Shown: positions 1-10,623, counted from the first letter of the stretch. The stretch: 64,000 bases of DNA from a virus (IMGVR_UViG_3300006930_000001:11121-75120); one strand, 5' to 3'. Notes: generated by a model not told the origin, from the letters alone. Program-made: numbers and translations.

Positions 1-242
1 TTATCATAGATTCTTAATTCTATTTCATTATCATTACGTGATGCAAAATACGGTATACCAGTGAATATACATTTGTCTATGTAATAAAATTTCATCACCG
101 ATTCAGTTTTTACCCGGTCAAGTAATGATGCATCCATTTTTACTACAAGAGTAGATGCAGAATCATAATTAAGTTCAATGGTGAAATCACTGATTGGGTA
201 TTCGCCACAAGAACCGGTAAGGGAATAAAGATCGAGAATCAT
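1..242 (-). CDS. Partial tail/baseplate protein (runs off left edge)
   Basis: ATG at 242 overlaps the tape-measure stop (ATGA); open frame MILDLYSLTGSCGEYPISDFTIELNYDSASTLVVKMD... to window edge; position after tape measure. Confidence 0.6.
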   Translation of the reverse strand, partial: MILDLYSLTGSCGEYPISDFTIELNYDSASTLVVKMDASLLDRVKTESVMKFYYIDKCIFTGIPYFASRNDNEIELRIYD

Positions 243-3200
243 ACTCCAACATTCACCCCTGTATTAACCACTGGTTTTTCCATCACTTTAACTGGATCAC
301 TCAAATATTCCTGGGCCTGTTGTGGAGTTTCCACGTTAAGTTCTCCTATGTTCACTGTATATGCACTGGATTGTGATGGTGGCAATGATTGGACATATGA
401 TAAATTCTGTGGTATTGGATTCATAGGAACAGCCACAGATGGTTGCATACTTGTTTCTACCCATGTCTGTCCTTCTGCAGCAAGTCTACTCTCATGTGAT
501 CGGTTTGAATTCCACATCAATACAGCAAGGTCATTGTAGTTCAGATTATACGAACTGATCTTTGCTCCAAGTGATAATATTGCTGCATCGAGTTTGCTTG
601 TATCGGATCCCACAGGTGCATTCTTTTTCTTTTCATTGAGATCTATATAAGCATTCATGGTTTCAACACGTTCTTGTTTAATTTTATCCTGCTTGTCCAT
701 GTATTCTTGCAGTTTAGACATACTACCAGTTAGGTTGTCCCTTATATTTGCAGTTGACGTTTCTGCTGCAGAGAATGGATTTACCTGACCCATATTGAGA
801 AGTCCACCAACATCTTTCTGAACATCACCAGCAAGGTCTGATAATCCTGTATTAATACCATCTTTGTATGCTTCGCCTTCTGCTCTACCTTTTTTCCTTT
901 GTTCGTCAGTTCTGCCATCTATTACCCACATTTTGTCAAGATTGGCATTTGCACGTTTCATTGCTTCTTTATAATACACCTTTGTGTTATTTTTCTGAAC
1001 GTCTGCATATATTTTTGCCTGGGCAACATATTCCTTTGTAAGATCATACGATTTTGCTATTTTATCTTTCCAACTCTTTGGCAATGGTAATGCCTGGACA
1101 ATTCCATTTATGAATCCCATTAGCGATTCGAATATGCCTGCTGTTATGAAATGGTATATATCAGTTCCAATATTTGTAATAAATGCAGCAAGTGATAACT
1201 CAAGATCCATCAATCCACGTATCAATTCTTTTACTACAATGGGTATTATCTTTGTTACAATTGCACGAACTATCGTTGTTAATATCGTTGCAGTTGTTAT
1301 AACAACCGTAGCAAGGAAATTTATTATTGCACCACCAATTGCTTCGAGTCCACCATTATCTATGAAATCTGCAGTCTCCCCAAAGAAATTGCCAATAACA
1401 TTATAGATTGCACTGCCAATACTCTCAAGAGCATCCATCATTATATCTATAAGTGAATTTGATAATTCCTTTGCAAGTTCTACTGCATTTCCAATATTTC
1501 CAGAACCAAATGCATCAAATATTTTCATAAAAAATTGTCCAACAGTATCAATTGCTCTAACAATTGGACCAATTATCATCATGATTCCATCATATAATGT
1601 TTTTAATCCACCAAGTATTGCACCACCTGCATTTGATACAATATCCTGTATACCACCAAAGTTTGTTCTCCATGCACGATATAATAGATACAATGCTCCT
1701 ATAATTGCTATTATTACAGCGACATATGGTGCAGCAACTACAAGTGTTGATGCTATTCCTGCAGATAACACTGGTAATGCTGTTGCTACACCAAATATTG
1801 CACCACGTAGACTTCCAAGCAATGAAACAATATTAAATCCTTTTAATGTAGATCCTATTCCAGAAAATGTTGATTTTAACCCAGATCCAAAGTTTATGAA
1901 ACATGCAGCCATTGAAGTTGTATGAGATCGTGTATATGCCAATATATTTGAAAGTGAACCACGTATTACAAATGCAAGTTCCTGGAATGACTTTGCATTG
2001 GCACCTGCTATTATAGATGAGAAGAAATTAGTACTTGCTGTGCCTGCAAGAGTTTTTTGTATCACCTGTAACATCAGATTGAATTTACCAAGTGTTGTAG
2101 TAGCCAATGGAACAGAACCTGCCTGGGATCCAAGTAAAAATGAAATGAAAAAATCAAGTAATTTTCTTGTTGCTCCACCAAGGAATCCAGAAAGTCCAAG
2201 TAATGTCTGTGAAAACCCTGCAAGTGCAGATCCTACAGCACCTATGTAAACCATCAAAGGTCCACCTATCAAACCGATAAGTGCTATGATAAGTGCTTTA
2301 TTCACTACAAATGCCTTTTGTGTATCACTTAATGATGCAAACCATGAAACAAATTTATCTATTATTGAATATATTATACCACCAAGTTTCTCTATCTCTG
2401 CAGCAATTGTAGAGAATATCTTTTCCATTTCTGGACCATATTTGAATAACAATTCTCCTATTTTTGTAAGTGTCTTTGAGAATGATGTATATATCAATCC
2501 CATTAATCTTGCATATTCGTTTTGTATTTTTTGTGTTCTTCCTTTAACAGTATCAAGTTTATCTGCTCTTATTTGATCTGAATATCCTGCAGAATTTTTT
2601 ATTGCTTTATTCAAATCCTTGATATAATCTTCTTGTGTTGAAAATGAATTTGAAAATACATTTGCTGCAGTAGACTGAACAGTATCAAACATTTTGTTAA
2701 ATTGTTCTTCAGTAATCCTTCCTTCTTTCCTGGCATTACCTATTGCTTTGAAAACATCACCAAAGAATTTAACTGCATTCTGTGCAACATCTTTGTATGT
2801 TACATTGAGTTTATTTGTTTCAACGTCATATGATGCTATTTGGCCCTTTAATGCAATTATCTGTTTTGATATTGCATCTGTATTGGCACCTGCACCTTTC
2901 ATATTAAGTTTCTTCGCTTCAAGTTCTTGTAACTTTATTGCAGCCTGTTTTCTTTTTTCAAGAATGGCACCATATTGATCTGCAAACTTGGAATATTGTT
3001 CTATACCTTTTGGTATACCTATTCCTTCAGATTTAATGAATTTTCCAAGTTCTCCTTTCATCGAGGATACATCAATAAGCAAGGATCGTATTGAAGTTCC
3101 TATAGACGATGGTTCCATTCCACCTTTACGAAGGATTGCAGCATACGTCAAAAGATCAGAAAATTCTAATCCAAGTGATGCTGTCTGACCAACAGTATAA

Positions 3201-5989
3201 TTAACTACAGTGGCCAGGTCCTCTGCTTCGAGACTTGTTTTGTTAAGAGCAACAGCAAATTCATCACCAAACTGTTTTGCTGCAGATATGTCTTTATTAA
3301 ATGCAAATACCAGACCACCAAGCATTTTTGCAATATTTGAAACATTCTTTGTATTTGTGGCAGTAGCAGTGGCATCAGCAAAGTCCATCATGGCTTTAAG
3401 TTCTTCAGGTTTTGCAAATCCTGCCTGGACAGTGGATTGCATTGCCTTTGCAAGTTCATCCCTGGAATTTGATGCAGTTCTGGTAACGGTATTAAGCATA
3501 TCAACAGTGACCTTTTCTGCTTCCTGGATCGAACTACCATATTCCTGCTTAATCAAAAGTGCAGTATTGACTATGGCATCGCCCAAGTCACTTTGGTCCT
3601 GCATAGCCTTGCCAATGGTTGAGGATGCCCATTGTTGAATGAACATGAGACCTATACCGGCCATAGATAATTGGCTGGCTGTATTGCCCACATATTGAAG
3701 TCTGGTAACAAGTTCCTTTGCTGCTGCAGTAAGCATATCAGCACCAGATTTCAATGTTGCAAATATATTCGGAAATTGATGAGTCCTTATCATACTGATG
3801 GCAGATACTGCTGCCGTTGCTGCTGCTGCAGTTCCTATGAGTGAATTCTTTAATGCATTTGATCCCTTTGCAGTTGTATTCAAATTTACAACTGAATCAA
3901 TTACATGATTGATAAGAACATCAAGTCCAGCAAACCCAGATGACCATGCTGCAAGTGATACAGCAAGTTTTACACCCTTTACAACATTTGCTTTTGTAGC
4001 AAGTATATTGAATCCTTTTGTTAATCCAGATACATTTCCTTGTAGTTTAGAAAGTGATGCCGATGTATCTTCTGCAGCAAGATCTGCATCTATCATTTGC
4101 GATGACAATTTTTTATTTGAAGATGCAGATACCATCTGATTTAATCTATCGGTAAGACTATCTATAGTATATCCAAGATCTACACCGGCATCATCTGCAG
4201 ACTGGATTAAAGATTTTACAGTAACCCATTCACGTTTCATTTCCTCGTATAACGTGGGATCAAAGTCGTCGTATTCTGCAAGTTGTTTTACACCAGTGAT
4301 AAGCCCATATATACGATCTGTGTATTCTTCTACAGAGTTTCTTGAAATGTCGTATTTGGTATACAGATTAAGTGCATCAGATTTTTCTGCAAGTATATCA
4401 TGTGCAGATGCCAATTTATCTTCTGCAGCATTAAGTACACGTATAGAATCCGTTGAATTGTCAACCTTTTCAGAAAGAATATCAAATGCAGCATTTACTG
4501 CATCAAATTCTTCATTTGATCCTATTCCATATTGTAATGCATTCCGTAATGTTTCTACCTGTCCAGTTAATTCTGGAACAGAATTTGATATCTGATCAAA
4601 TCCTGCTTCAAGTTCTTTAAGTTCTGATGTAGGCAATTTAAAATCTGCAAGTTCTTCAAGACTCAATTTTGCTTTTACAACGGAACTATTGAACATATCA
4701 ACAGATTTTGTTGATTGTGTTACCTGTGCATCTATATCGGAAAGGTTATCGACATCGATATTTAACTTTACACGAATATTTTCAGCACCAATATGATCTC
4801 CAACAAATCTTGTAAGCGATTCCTGTTTCTTTTTGAATGCATCTCCTGTAAGTCTTGCAAGATCATTTGACATCCTGGTAAGATGCGATTGCCAAGGATT
4901 GAATACTTTCTTTACAGTGGCATCATCGATATTAAATGCACTTGCAATATTAGATCTCATTGCATTGACATTCTTTCTAATATCCTCTGCTATATTTTCT
5001 CCTACTCTTGCATTTGATATTGTATCGATTATTGCTTTTAATTCTGGCTTTATTATAGATGAAAGATTAAGTTTTTCTTTTAATTCTGTTGCAAGTTTAT
5101 CAGTTTCATCCAATGAATTGAGTATTGCTTGTGATATTGAATCTTCTATTTCTTTTTCAAGTGTAGCCGCATCAACATGCTTCAATCCATCTTCTACAGC
5201 ATCTTCAACCTTCTTACTTATATCCGATACATCAGTATTGCCTATTCCAGTTTCTACACCAGATTCTATACCTTCTATTCCATACTGTTTAAGTATAGTA
5301 TAAAATTCAGATAAATCTGCACGATTTACTGCACTTTTTAATTCTGGTCCAAGAACTTCTACTGCTTTCGATAATACCTTTGAAATCTGTTGTTCTATCT
5401 GAAGAAGACTTGCAGGATCAGTAATTGGATATAACCGCAATCGTTCATTTAATCTATCAAATGTTGTTACAAGCGATGCTATTACACCAGACGCATCTTT
5501 TTCGCTAAAATTTATTTTTATATTTGTAGCAAGTCCAAGTGCCTTTAATTCTGTCTTTAATCCTTCCAATGCACTTTTTTCAAGGACTGGACGCACTTTA
5601 AAGAGTGCGGAATCTTTTCCAACCTTTGATTTCATTGCAATTATCAAAGATTCGAGATCTCGTAAATTTACCTTCGGTATTATGGTCGATATAACTGGTG
5701 GTGGTGCAGTGACCGATGTTTGTGTAATAACAGGTTCAATTTTTGCACCTGCACCAGATCTTACATCACTTAACGATTTTACAAGTTTATCGATAGAAGC
5801 GATAGTGGGATTAACCGCTTCAGGAAAGGATTTGATAAGTTTTAATACACTTTCAAGGTTCTGTTCAAAAATAGCGAAGTCTATCTTTACTATGTCTTCG
5901 AGTTCCTTCTCTAATTTATTGAGACTCTCTTTGGCATCTTTATCTTCTACCTTTACGTTTAGAGTCCAATCCGTTCCTTGAGTTTGCAT
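239..5989 (-). CDS. Tail tape measure protein
   Basis: 1916 aa, Ala/Gly/Ile-rich helical; TP901-like core (LNKTSLEAEDLATVVNYTVGQTASLGLEFSDLLTYAAILRKGG); directly downstream of tail tube and chaperone genes. Confidence 0.92.
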   Translation of the reverse strand: MQTQGTDWTLNVKVEDKDAKESLNKLEKELEDIVKIDFAIFEQNLESVLKLIKSFPEAVNPTIASIDKLVKSLSDVRSGAGAKIEPVITQTSVTAPPPVISTIIPKVNLRDLESLIIAMKSKVGKDSALFKVRPVLEKSALEGLKTELKALGLATNIKINFSEKDASGVIASLVTTFDRLNERLRLYPITDPASLLQIEQQISKVLSKAVEVLGPELKSAVNRADLSEFYTILKQYGIEGIESGVETGIGNTDVSDISKKVEDAVEDGLKHVDAATLEKEIEDSISQAILNSLDETDKLATELKEKLNLSSIIKPELKAIIDTISNARVGENIAEDIRKNVNAMRSNIASAFNIDDATVKKVFNPWQSHLTRMSNDLARLTGDAFKKKQESLTRFVGDHIGAENIRVKLNIDVDNLSDIDAQVTQSTKSVDMFNSSVVKAKLSLEELADFKLPTSELKELEAGFDQISNSVPELTGQVETLRNALQYGIGSNEEFDAVNAAFDILSEKVDNSTDSIRVLNAAEDKLASAHDILAEKSDALNLYTKYDISRNSVEEYTDRIYGLITGVKQLAEYDDFDPTLYEEMKREWVTVKSLIQSADDAGVDLGYTIDSLTDRLNQMVSASSNKKLSSQMIDADLAAEDTSASLSKLQGNVSGLTKGFNILATKANVVKGVKLAVSLAAWSSGFAGLDVLINHVIDSVVNLNTTAKGSNALKNSLIGTAAAATAAVSAISMIRTHQFPNIFATLKSGADMLTAAAKELVTRLQYVGNTASQLSMAGIGLMFIQQWASSTIGKAMQDQSDLGDAIVNTALLIKQEYGSSIQEAEKVTVDMLNTVTRTASNSRDELAKAMQSTVQAGFAKPEELKAMMDFADATATATNTKNVSNIAKMLGGLVFAFNKDISAAKQFGDEFAVALNKTSLEAEDLATVVNYTVGQTASLGLEFSDLLTYAAILRKGGMEPSSIGTSIRSLLIDVSSMKGELGKFIKSEGIGIPKGIEQYSKFADQYGAILEKRKQAAIKLQELEAKKLNMKGAGANTDAISKQIIALKGQIASYDVETNKLNVTYKDVAQNAVKFFGDVFKAIGNARKEGRITEEQFNKMFDTVQSTAANVFSNSFSTQEDYIKDLNKAIKNSAGYSDQIRADKLDTVKGRTQKIQNEYARLMGLIYTSFSKTLTKIGELLFKYGPEMEKIFSTIAAEIEKLGGIIYSIIDKFVSWFASLSDTQKAFVVNKALIIALIGLIGGPLMVYIGAVGSALAGFSQTLLGLSGFLGGATRKLLDFFISFLLGSQAGSVPLATTTLGKFNLMLQVIQKTLAGTASTNFFSSIIAGANAKSFQELAFVIRGSLSNILAYTRSHTTSMAACFINFGSGLKSTFSGIGSTLKGFNIVSLLGSLRGAIFGVATALPVLSAGIASTLVVAAPYVAVIIAIIGALYLLYRAWRTNFGGIQDIVSNAGGAILGGLKTLYDGIMMIIGPIVRAIDTVGQFFMKIFDAFGSGNIGNAVELAKELSNSLIDIMMDALESIGSAIYNVIGNFFGETADFIDNGGLEAIGGAIINFLATVVITTATILTTIVRAIVTKIIPIVVKELIRGLMDLELSLAAFITNIGTDIYHFITAGIFESLMGFINGIVQALPLPKSWKDKIAKSYDLTKEYVAQAKIYADVQKNNTKVYYKEAMKRANANLDKMWVIDGRTDEQRKKGRAEGEAYKDGINTGLSDLAGDVQKDVGGLLNMGQVNPFSAAETSTANIRDNLTGSMSKLQEYMDKQDKIKQERVETMNAYIDLNEKKKNAPVGSDTSKLDAAILSLGAKISSYNLNYNDLAVLMWNSNRSHESRLAAEGQTWVETSMQPSVAVPMNPIPQNLSYVQSLPPSQSSAYTVNIGELNVETPQQAQEYLSDPVKVMEKPVVNTGVNVGV

Positions 5990-6263
5990 TTTTCTGCTCC
6001 CTATCCTTTGCTTCGAATCCCATTATTCTTACTATCGATAGATACGTAATTTCAGGAATATTTTCAAGATCCTCCCAGGACCAGTGCATTTCCTTCATTA
6101 CAATGTATTCTCGGAACGTATCATGCGTTGTTCCGGTTTTTACACCTTTCTGCCATTGGTATAATCTTTCTTCTGTATTCTCAAAAAGATGTTTTACCTT
6201 TTCAGAAGGTGCATTCTTTCGTTCAGATTCCGTGGAAATGTATTCCGCTAATGACCGAAAAAA
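5940..6263 (-). CDS. Tail assembly chaperone, -1 frameshift extension (gpGT-like)
   Basis: Slippery T TTT TTC (6263-6257) just before the chaperone stop; the -1 frame stays open to TAA at 5940 and encodes ...FRSLAEYIST...MKEMHWSWEDLENIPEITYLSIVRIMG... Confidence 0.8.
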   Translation of the reverse strand, partial: FFRSLAEYISTESERKNAPSEKVKHLFENTEERLYQWQKGVKTGTTHDTFREYIVMKEMHWSWEDLENIPEITYLSIVRIMGFEAKDREQKNANSRNGLDSKRKGRR

Positions 6264-6682
6264 GCCTCTACATCACCACCAAGGACTTCCATACATTTTG
6301 CATATGCTTCCTCGATTTGTTTTTCGGTCAATTCATCAAGATCGTCCTCTGCAAAGAAATGATTGCATGCCAAGGATATTGTTGATCTGATATTAAGTTC
6401 CATCTGGGAATTACCAAATTCGATTGCTTCCTGTGGATGATCCTTCATCAGACGATTCAATTCCTTGTCAACACTTGCATTTAACTGCAACTTTGCCTGT
6501 TCTTCTTTTTCAGGATCTTCTCCCTTTACCTGTTTTGGGATTTCAAGATCCATTCCACCTGTAAACAGAGAGAGGAATCCCTTGATGGCTTCATTGCGTT
6601 CCTTCCTTACTTTACGAACAACGCCATGCTTTGGCTCATCAGTGAGTTCGTAACTTTTTCCATTGACAACAATTAACGACAT
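6248..6682 (-). CDS. Tail assembly chaperone (gpG-like)
   Basis: 144 aa acidic protein between tail tube and tape measure; ends at a slippery site. Confidence 0.75.
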   Translation of the reverse strand: MSLIVVNGKSYELTDEPKHGVVRKVRKERNEAIKGFLSLFTGGMDLEIPKQVKGEDPEKEEQAKLQLNASVDKELNRLMKDHPQEAIEFGNSQMELNIRSTISLACNHFFAEDDLDELTEKQIEEAYAKCMEVLGGDVEAFFGH

Positions 6683-6706
6683 AATAAAAATGGATTAAGT
6701 TTTTAT

Positions 6707-8017
6707 TTAAGACTTGTAGCCTGGTCTGTGCGGTGGATTTTCTGGATCTGGTATTTCTTCAATACTGAATCCACCAACTGGCAGTGAAGTGATAGAATCA
6801 CCAATAACATCTTCTGGATTTAATTCAAGAGGCATCTCTGTGAATTTGATACCAGTGATATATACACGGGCTGCCTTGTTGTAGTCCGAACACATATTGT
6901 AGTATATGTCGAAGCATACCTGGAACTCGTCAAAATCACGAACCTTCTGGAACAGTACGAAACTGTTGTAATCAATCTCCATCGTGACAGTTACTTCACG
7001 ATTCATGATTACAGCACCGACAATCCTGGTGCTACGGAGATATTCTGGGGCACCGATATCCTTGACAAGTTTCAGATCATTTGAAATGTTGATCTCAATT
7101 GATCTTACCGGATCAAATGGTGTCCATCCATCTTCCCCAGATACCGATCCACCAACATAATCACCACAAAATTCTCTGCCACGGTAGCAGAAATCCCTGA
7201 TATTATCATACGATAATGGTGCAAGCATTGGTGATGGCTGTGCAGCATGCTTACTGGTAACTGCCGAATTTGTTTCGGTTACTGGATCGTATGTGTGAAC
7301 TGATATGAAATCTTCTGGTGTTGGACCAACAGCACCTGCACCGGAGAATGTTGAAGTGAACTTGATGTTTTCATCTTCTGCAATGGATAATGTTGCTTCT
7401 TTGCATTGGCATCCCCAGAAAGACATATAGTTGGTCTTTTTTCCATCAGATCCAGAATTTTCTATACCTGCAGAGAATCCCACAGAACCTATCTTGTCTC
7501 CAAGACAATACACGGTAGTGCATACAAGTCCCACTGCATTCTTGTTGTTCGCAGGGACTGCTGGATCTGTTCTATCCTTGTCCTGGATACCATCACCAAT
7601 ACAATACAGGAATAACCCGAATGCACCATCAACATGAACAAGATCTCTTGCAGTTGCTGTTCCAGTCACATCATAATACCGTGGCTGGAGAGCAAGTTCT
7701 ATATCGAGAGTAATCTCTTCATTTGCTTTGGTATGAATTACTGCAACAGATCTCTGTTTTTCTCCATGTGCCTTAAGATACTTTGTCGAAGATGGAACTA
7801 CGACTTCATTAATCTTGAAACTTGATAATACACCAAGCCATTTTGCACCATCTGGTGATGTAGTAACGGTGTCTTCAAGTTTTATTGCACCACCATTCCA
7901 CACTGGAGTTATTCCAGGTGTAGCATCATCCTTATATCCAACCATTGAAGAACCAAACACCAGTTCTGGTGTCCATTCTGCAAATCCGTTGTAACCAGGA
8001 ATAATTGTTTTTGCCAT
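6707..8017 (-). CDS. Major tail tube protein
   Basis: 436 aa beta-rich protein in the canonical position upstream of chaperone and tape measure. Confidence 0.7.
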   Translation of the reverse strand: MAKTIIPGYNGFAEWTPELVFGSSMVGYKDDATPGITPVWNGGAIKLEDTVTTSPDGAKWLGVLSSFKINEVVVPSSTKYLKAHGEKQRSVAVIHTKANEEITLDIELALQPRYYDVTGTATARDLVHVDGAFGLFLYCIGDGIQDKDRTDPAVPANNKNAVGLVCTTVYCLGDKIGSVGFSAGIENSGSDGKKTNYMSFWGCQCKEATLSIAEDENIKFTSTFSGAGAVGPTPEDFISVHTYDPVTETNSAVTSKHAAQPSPMLAPLSYDNIRDFCYRGREFCGDYVGGSVSGEDGWTPFDPVRSIEINISNDLKLVKDIGAPEYLRSTRIVGAVIMNREVTVTMEIDYNSFVLFQKVRDFDEFQVCFDIYYNMCSDYNKAARVYITGIKFTEMPLELNPEDVIGDSITSLPVGGFSIEEIPDPENPPHRPGYKS

Positions 8018-8019
8018 TT

Positions 8020-8439
8020 TTACCTACCCTGATACCAGGCTACGTCCAAAATAAGGTCTCGCTGAAATACCCGGATTTTGGTTTGACCATTCATGATCTC
8101 CCTAATAATCATGGGACTTCCATCGACTATCCCTTTGCTCCTGAATCCCTCAAATAGCAATTCATCCTTGAATAGCCATGCATCGAGTTCTCCGATCAGA
8201 CGATCAACCTGAAGATTATCATCAGATACAATTGAGAATCTGACCAATCCCCTCCAGTTGGAGCCATATTGATACAAATAATCCCGTTTCTGAACCTTAC
8301 TATCTACGTCGACTACACAAATGGGATATTCAACAACTGCCAAATCTGGAAACACGGAGTAAGTTCTTGTAGCGAAATCGGTAATTCTTGCAGGAATAAA
8401 ATCCCCAAAATATCGCTTAATTTCCTCAACCGTGACCAT
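8020..8439 (-). CDS. Tail terminator/completion protein
   Basis: 139 aa with YPICVVD motif; position upstream of tail tube. Confidence 0.55.
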   Translation of the reverse strand: MVTVEEIKRYFGDFIPARITDFATRTYSVFPDLAVVEYPICVVDVDSKVQKRDYLYQYGSNWRGLVRFSIVSDDNLQVDRLIGELDAWLFKDELLFEGFRSKGIVDGSPMIIREIMNGQTKIRVFQRDLILDVAWYQGR

Positions 8440-8469
8440 GACAGTTAATATGTTTAATTGTCTGGTTAC

Positions 8470-8955
8470 TTAAATATTCCTTCTAACAGCCTTTGAAAAT
8501 AGTTCATTTAAAGTCGTATACGGGTTTAATCCCAATGCTCCTTGGTTAAATTTCCATAGCATTAAATTGACATCTTGCAATTTTCCCTCTGCTCTGTTTA
8601 TGTATGTCCATTCAATCAATGCATTGTTAAAATCTGATGGAGCACCTTTTTTATTACCCTCAAGAATAAAAATGTTGTATGGATCGATTATAGGTTCCCA
8701 TGAACTGTGATGAAACCCATTACCAATGTAATGTGATGGTAAACGATTTACAATAGCAAATCCTTTCTCTATCTCTGTTGGAACCATCCAAGAATGCCCA
8801 AAAGTAGATGTATCTTCCGGAGATGATATACGAAGTTCCTCATGAAGAAATTCAGCATATCTTAATCGTGCAGTATCAATAGCAGTATCAAGTTGATCCC
8901 TGATGATATTCAGTATCTGCGATGGACTCTTATCAAACTTAAACTTGACAGACAT
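8470..8955 (-). CDS. Neck/tail-completion protein (HK97 gp10-like)
   Basis: SPEDTSTFGHSW resembles the P.DTG.L..S motif; likely start MSVKF at 8955; synteny. Confidence 0.5.
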   Translation of the reverse strand: MSVKFKFDKSPSQILNIIRDQLDTAIDTARLRYAEFLHEELRISSPEDTSTFGHSWMVPTEIEKGFAIVNRLPSHYIGNGFHHSSWEPIIDPYNIFILEGNKKGAPSDFNNALIEWTYINRAEGKLQDVNLMLWKFNQGALGLNPYTTLNELFSKAVRRNI

Positions 8956-9268
8956 AACACTTGTAATCTCCGAGAACAGAATCCCATTCTGATACGTCAA
9001 TTACCTTATAATTCTTACCACAATAGACAACGATATCATCACGTTTCAGTGTAATCTCTCTTATGTAAACATCCACTTTTCCAAAAGAATCTATGCCAAT
9101 GGATGTATCAGGTTCTTGTAGTGATAATCCATGAGGGACTACAACTGCTTTTACAGTCTGCTCGGTGTAATCGGTATCATTTACTCCATAAAAAGCATCA
9201 GTGACCGTTTTATCAACGATCTGTATGGTTATATCCTGCTCGAATACACCAAGGACCTGTTCAATCAT
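8939..9268 (-). CDS. Head-closure (stopper) protein
   Basis: 109 aa beta-rich with DIVVYCGKNYKV, typical of SPP1 gp16-like proteins; synteny. Confidence 0.6.
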   Translation of the reverse strand: MIEQVLGVFEQDITIQIVDKTVTDAFYGVNDTDYTEQTVKAVVVPHGLSLQEPDTSIGIDSFGKVDVYIREITLKRDDIVVYCGKNYKVIDVSEWDSVLGDYKCYVCQV

Positions 9269-9513
9269 AGACCTGGGATCACGTTTGAGATTCCGAGTTT
9301 TGCACAGGCAGCCACAGCGATGATCAGAATTGCTTTTGCAAGGAAGAAACCAGCATTATACTGTCCAAATGCCTTTTTGGTATCTGTAACAAGATCTTCC
9401 GGGACATCGGTTGGAATTGACTCGGGATAGAATGCTGTCGGGTGACGAAGACCTTCTCCGATACCGACACAAAATGCATTCACTTCTTCTTTCTGGTCAA
9501 GAAAATCGATCAT
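9265..9513 (-). CDS. Small membrane protein (holin-like?)
   Basis: 82 aa with a C-terminal hydrophobic helix (FFLAKAILIIAVAACAKLG). Confidence 0.4.
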   Translation of the reverse strand: MIDFLDQKEEVNAFCVGIGEGLRHPTAFYPESIPTDVPEDLVTDTKKAFGQYNAGFFLAKAILIIAVAACAKLGISNVIPGL

Positions 9514-9536
9514 ACAAGATAATTGATGATGATTTG

Positions 9537-9545
9537 TATATAAGG
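9537..9545 (-). promoter_or_regulatory. Archaeal TATA box
   Basis: CTTATATAC on the minus strand about 24 nt upstream of ATG 9513, consistent with a leaderless transcript. Confidence 0.4.
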
Positions 9546-9611
9546 ATTACCAGACATTCACACAGACGAACGCTATTGACATAAAATTTTTGAGACGATG
9601 TATCATATGGG

Positions 9612-9977
9612 TCATACCTTGATCAACCCAAATAACCATGCCAGGAAAGCAGATAACAATGCTCCTGCAGATACACCAACAATACCAATCTTGGTCTTTA
9701 ACTCAGCAAGGGTGATCGCATGCTCGGTATCCCTGGCATCAATCTTTTCCTTGGTAGCAGTGATAAATTCATCCAGTTTGGTATACATATCATCCATCTT
9801 CTTTTCAAGGCTCGTCATCTGTGCTTCAAGTTTATCCATGCGTTTATCCTGCCGTTCTTCCATCTTGTCCATATTGGCAGCCAGAGCATCTGTTACTGCC
9901 TTTGTATTGGCAGTCATTACATTCATCTCCCGGATCTGCATCTCTACATAACGGTCAAACCAATCTTCTACGGGCAT
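9612..9977 (-). CDS. Coiled-coil protein with C-terminal TM helix (XhlA/holin-like)
   Basis: Heptad-rich body (MDKMEERQDKRMDKLEAQM) plus TM segment IGIVGVSAGALLSAFLAWLFGLI. Confidence 0.5.
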   Translation of the reverse strand: MPVEDWFDRYVEMQIREMNVMTANTKAVTDALAANMDKMEERQDKRMDKLEAQMTSLEKKMDDMYTKLDEFITATKEKIDARDTEHAITLAELKTKIGIVGVSAGALLSAFLAWLFGLIKV

Positions 9978-10501
9978 AGGCGACCATCACATGGAGTATG
10001 AGCAAACACTATTATTCCAGCCTCTTCTCCTACAATCGTGTAATATGCACACATATGAAATACAGCATTGACAACCGATCCATCCAATCTCTTGAATTCT
10101 CCTATATATGTGTATTTTCCATTGGCAAATGTTTGTGTATCTGCCTGGTCGTATATTTCTGCATATTGTTTATCAAACATATCAAAAACAGTTTTTCCAA
10201 CTATATTTTCACGCGATAAACCAAGAGCACGTTCACATGCAATATTACAACCAAGACATACACGATCTTTATCTTTCCAGAAAATAGGCATCGGTATGTG
10301 ATTGATAATCTGTTGAAGAAGTTCTATTGTTTCGATGTGGACTTTTTCTTGTTCCAAGAGAGATTGATACATTGCTTCTACTTCATATCCCCTGGCAGCA
10401 ATTTCACATTCAAGCCCGGCCATTTTAGCCCTGGCTTCTGTGAACTTCTTTTCATAATCCACAACCTCTGCAGCAAACTTCCGGAGGTCATCTAATCCCA
10501 T
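9968..10501 (-). CDS. Coiled-coil plus PAS (PAS_4) domain protein
   Basis: IINHIPMPIFWKDKDRVCLGCNIACERALGLSRENIVGKTVFDMF is a typical PAS N-terminal signature; no kinase or output domain. Confidence 0.8.
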   Translation of the reverse strand: MGLDDLRKFAAEVVDYEKKFTEARAKMAGLECEIAARGYEVEAMYQSLLEQEKVHIETIELLQQIINHIPMPIFWKDKDRVCLGCNIACERALGLSRENIVGKTVFDMFDKQYAEIYDQADTQTFANGKYTYIGEFKRLDGSVVNAVFHMCAYYTIVGEEAGIIVFAHTPCDGRLCP

Positions 10502-10533
10502 ATTAAGGAAATAGACGAAAATCTAAAAATAGG

Positions 10534-10623
10534 TTACGTAGAATTGATCAAAGCCATTAACGCTGCAAGTTTTTCGGCTCTGATCCGTCTTGCCCTTTCA
10601 ATGGGAGTTTCCTGATCGGTCAT
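10534..10623 (-). CDS. 29-aa small ORF
   Basis: MTDQETPIERARRIRAEKLAALMALINST; ATGA overlap with the upstream micro-ORF. Confidence 0.45.
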   Translation of the reverse strand: MTDQETPIERARRIRAEKLAALMALINST

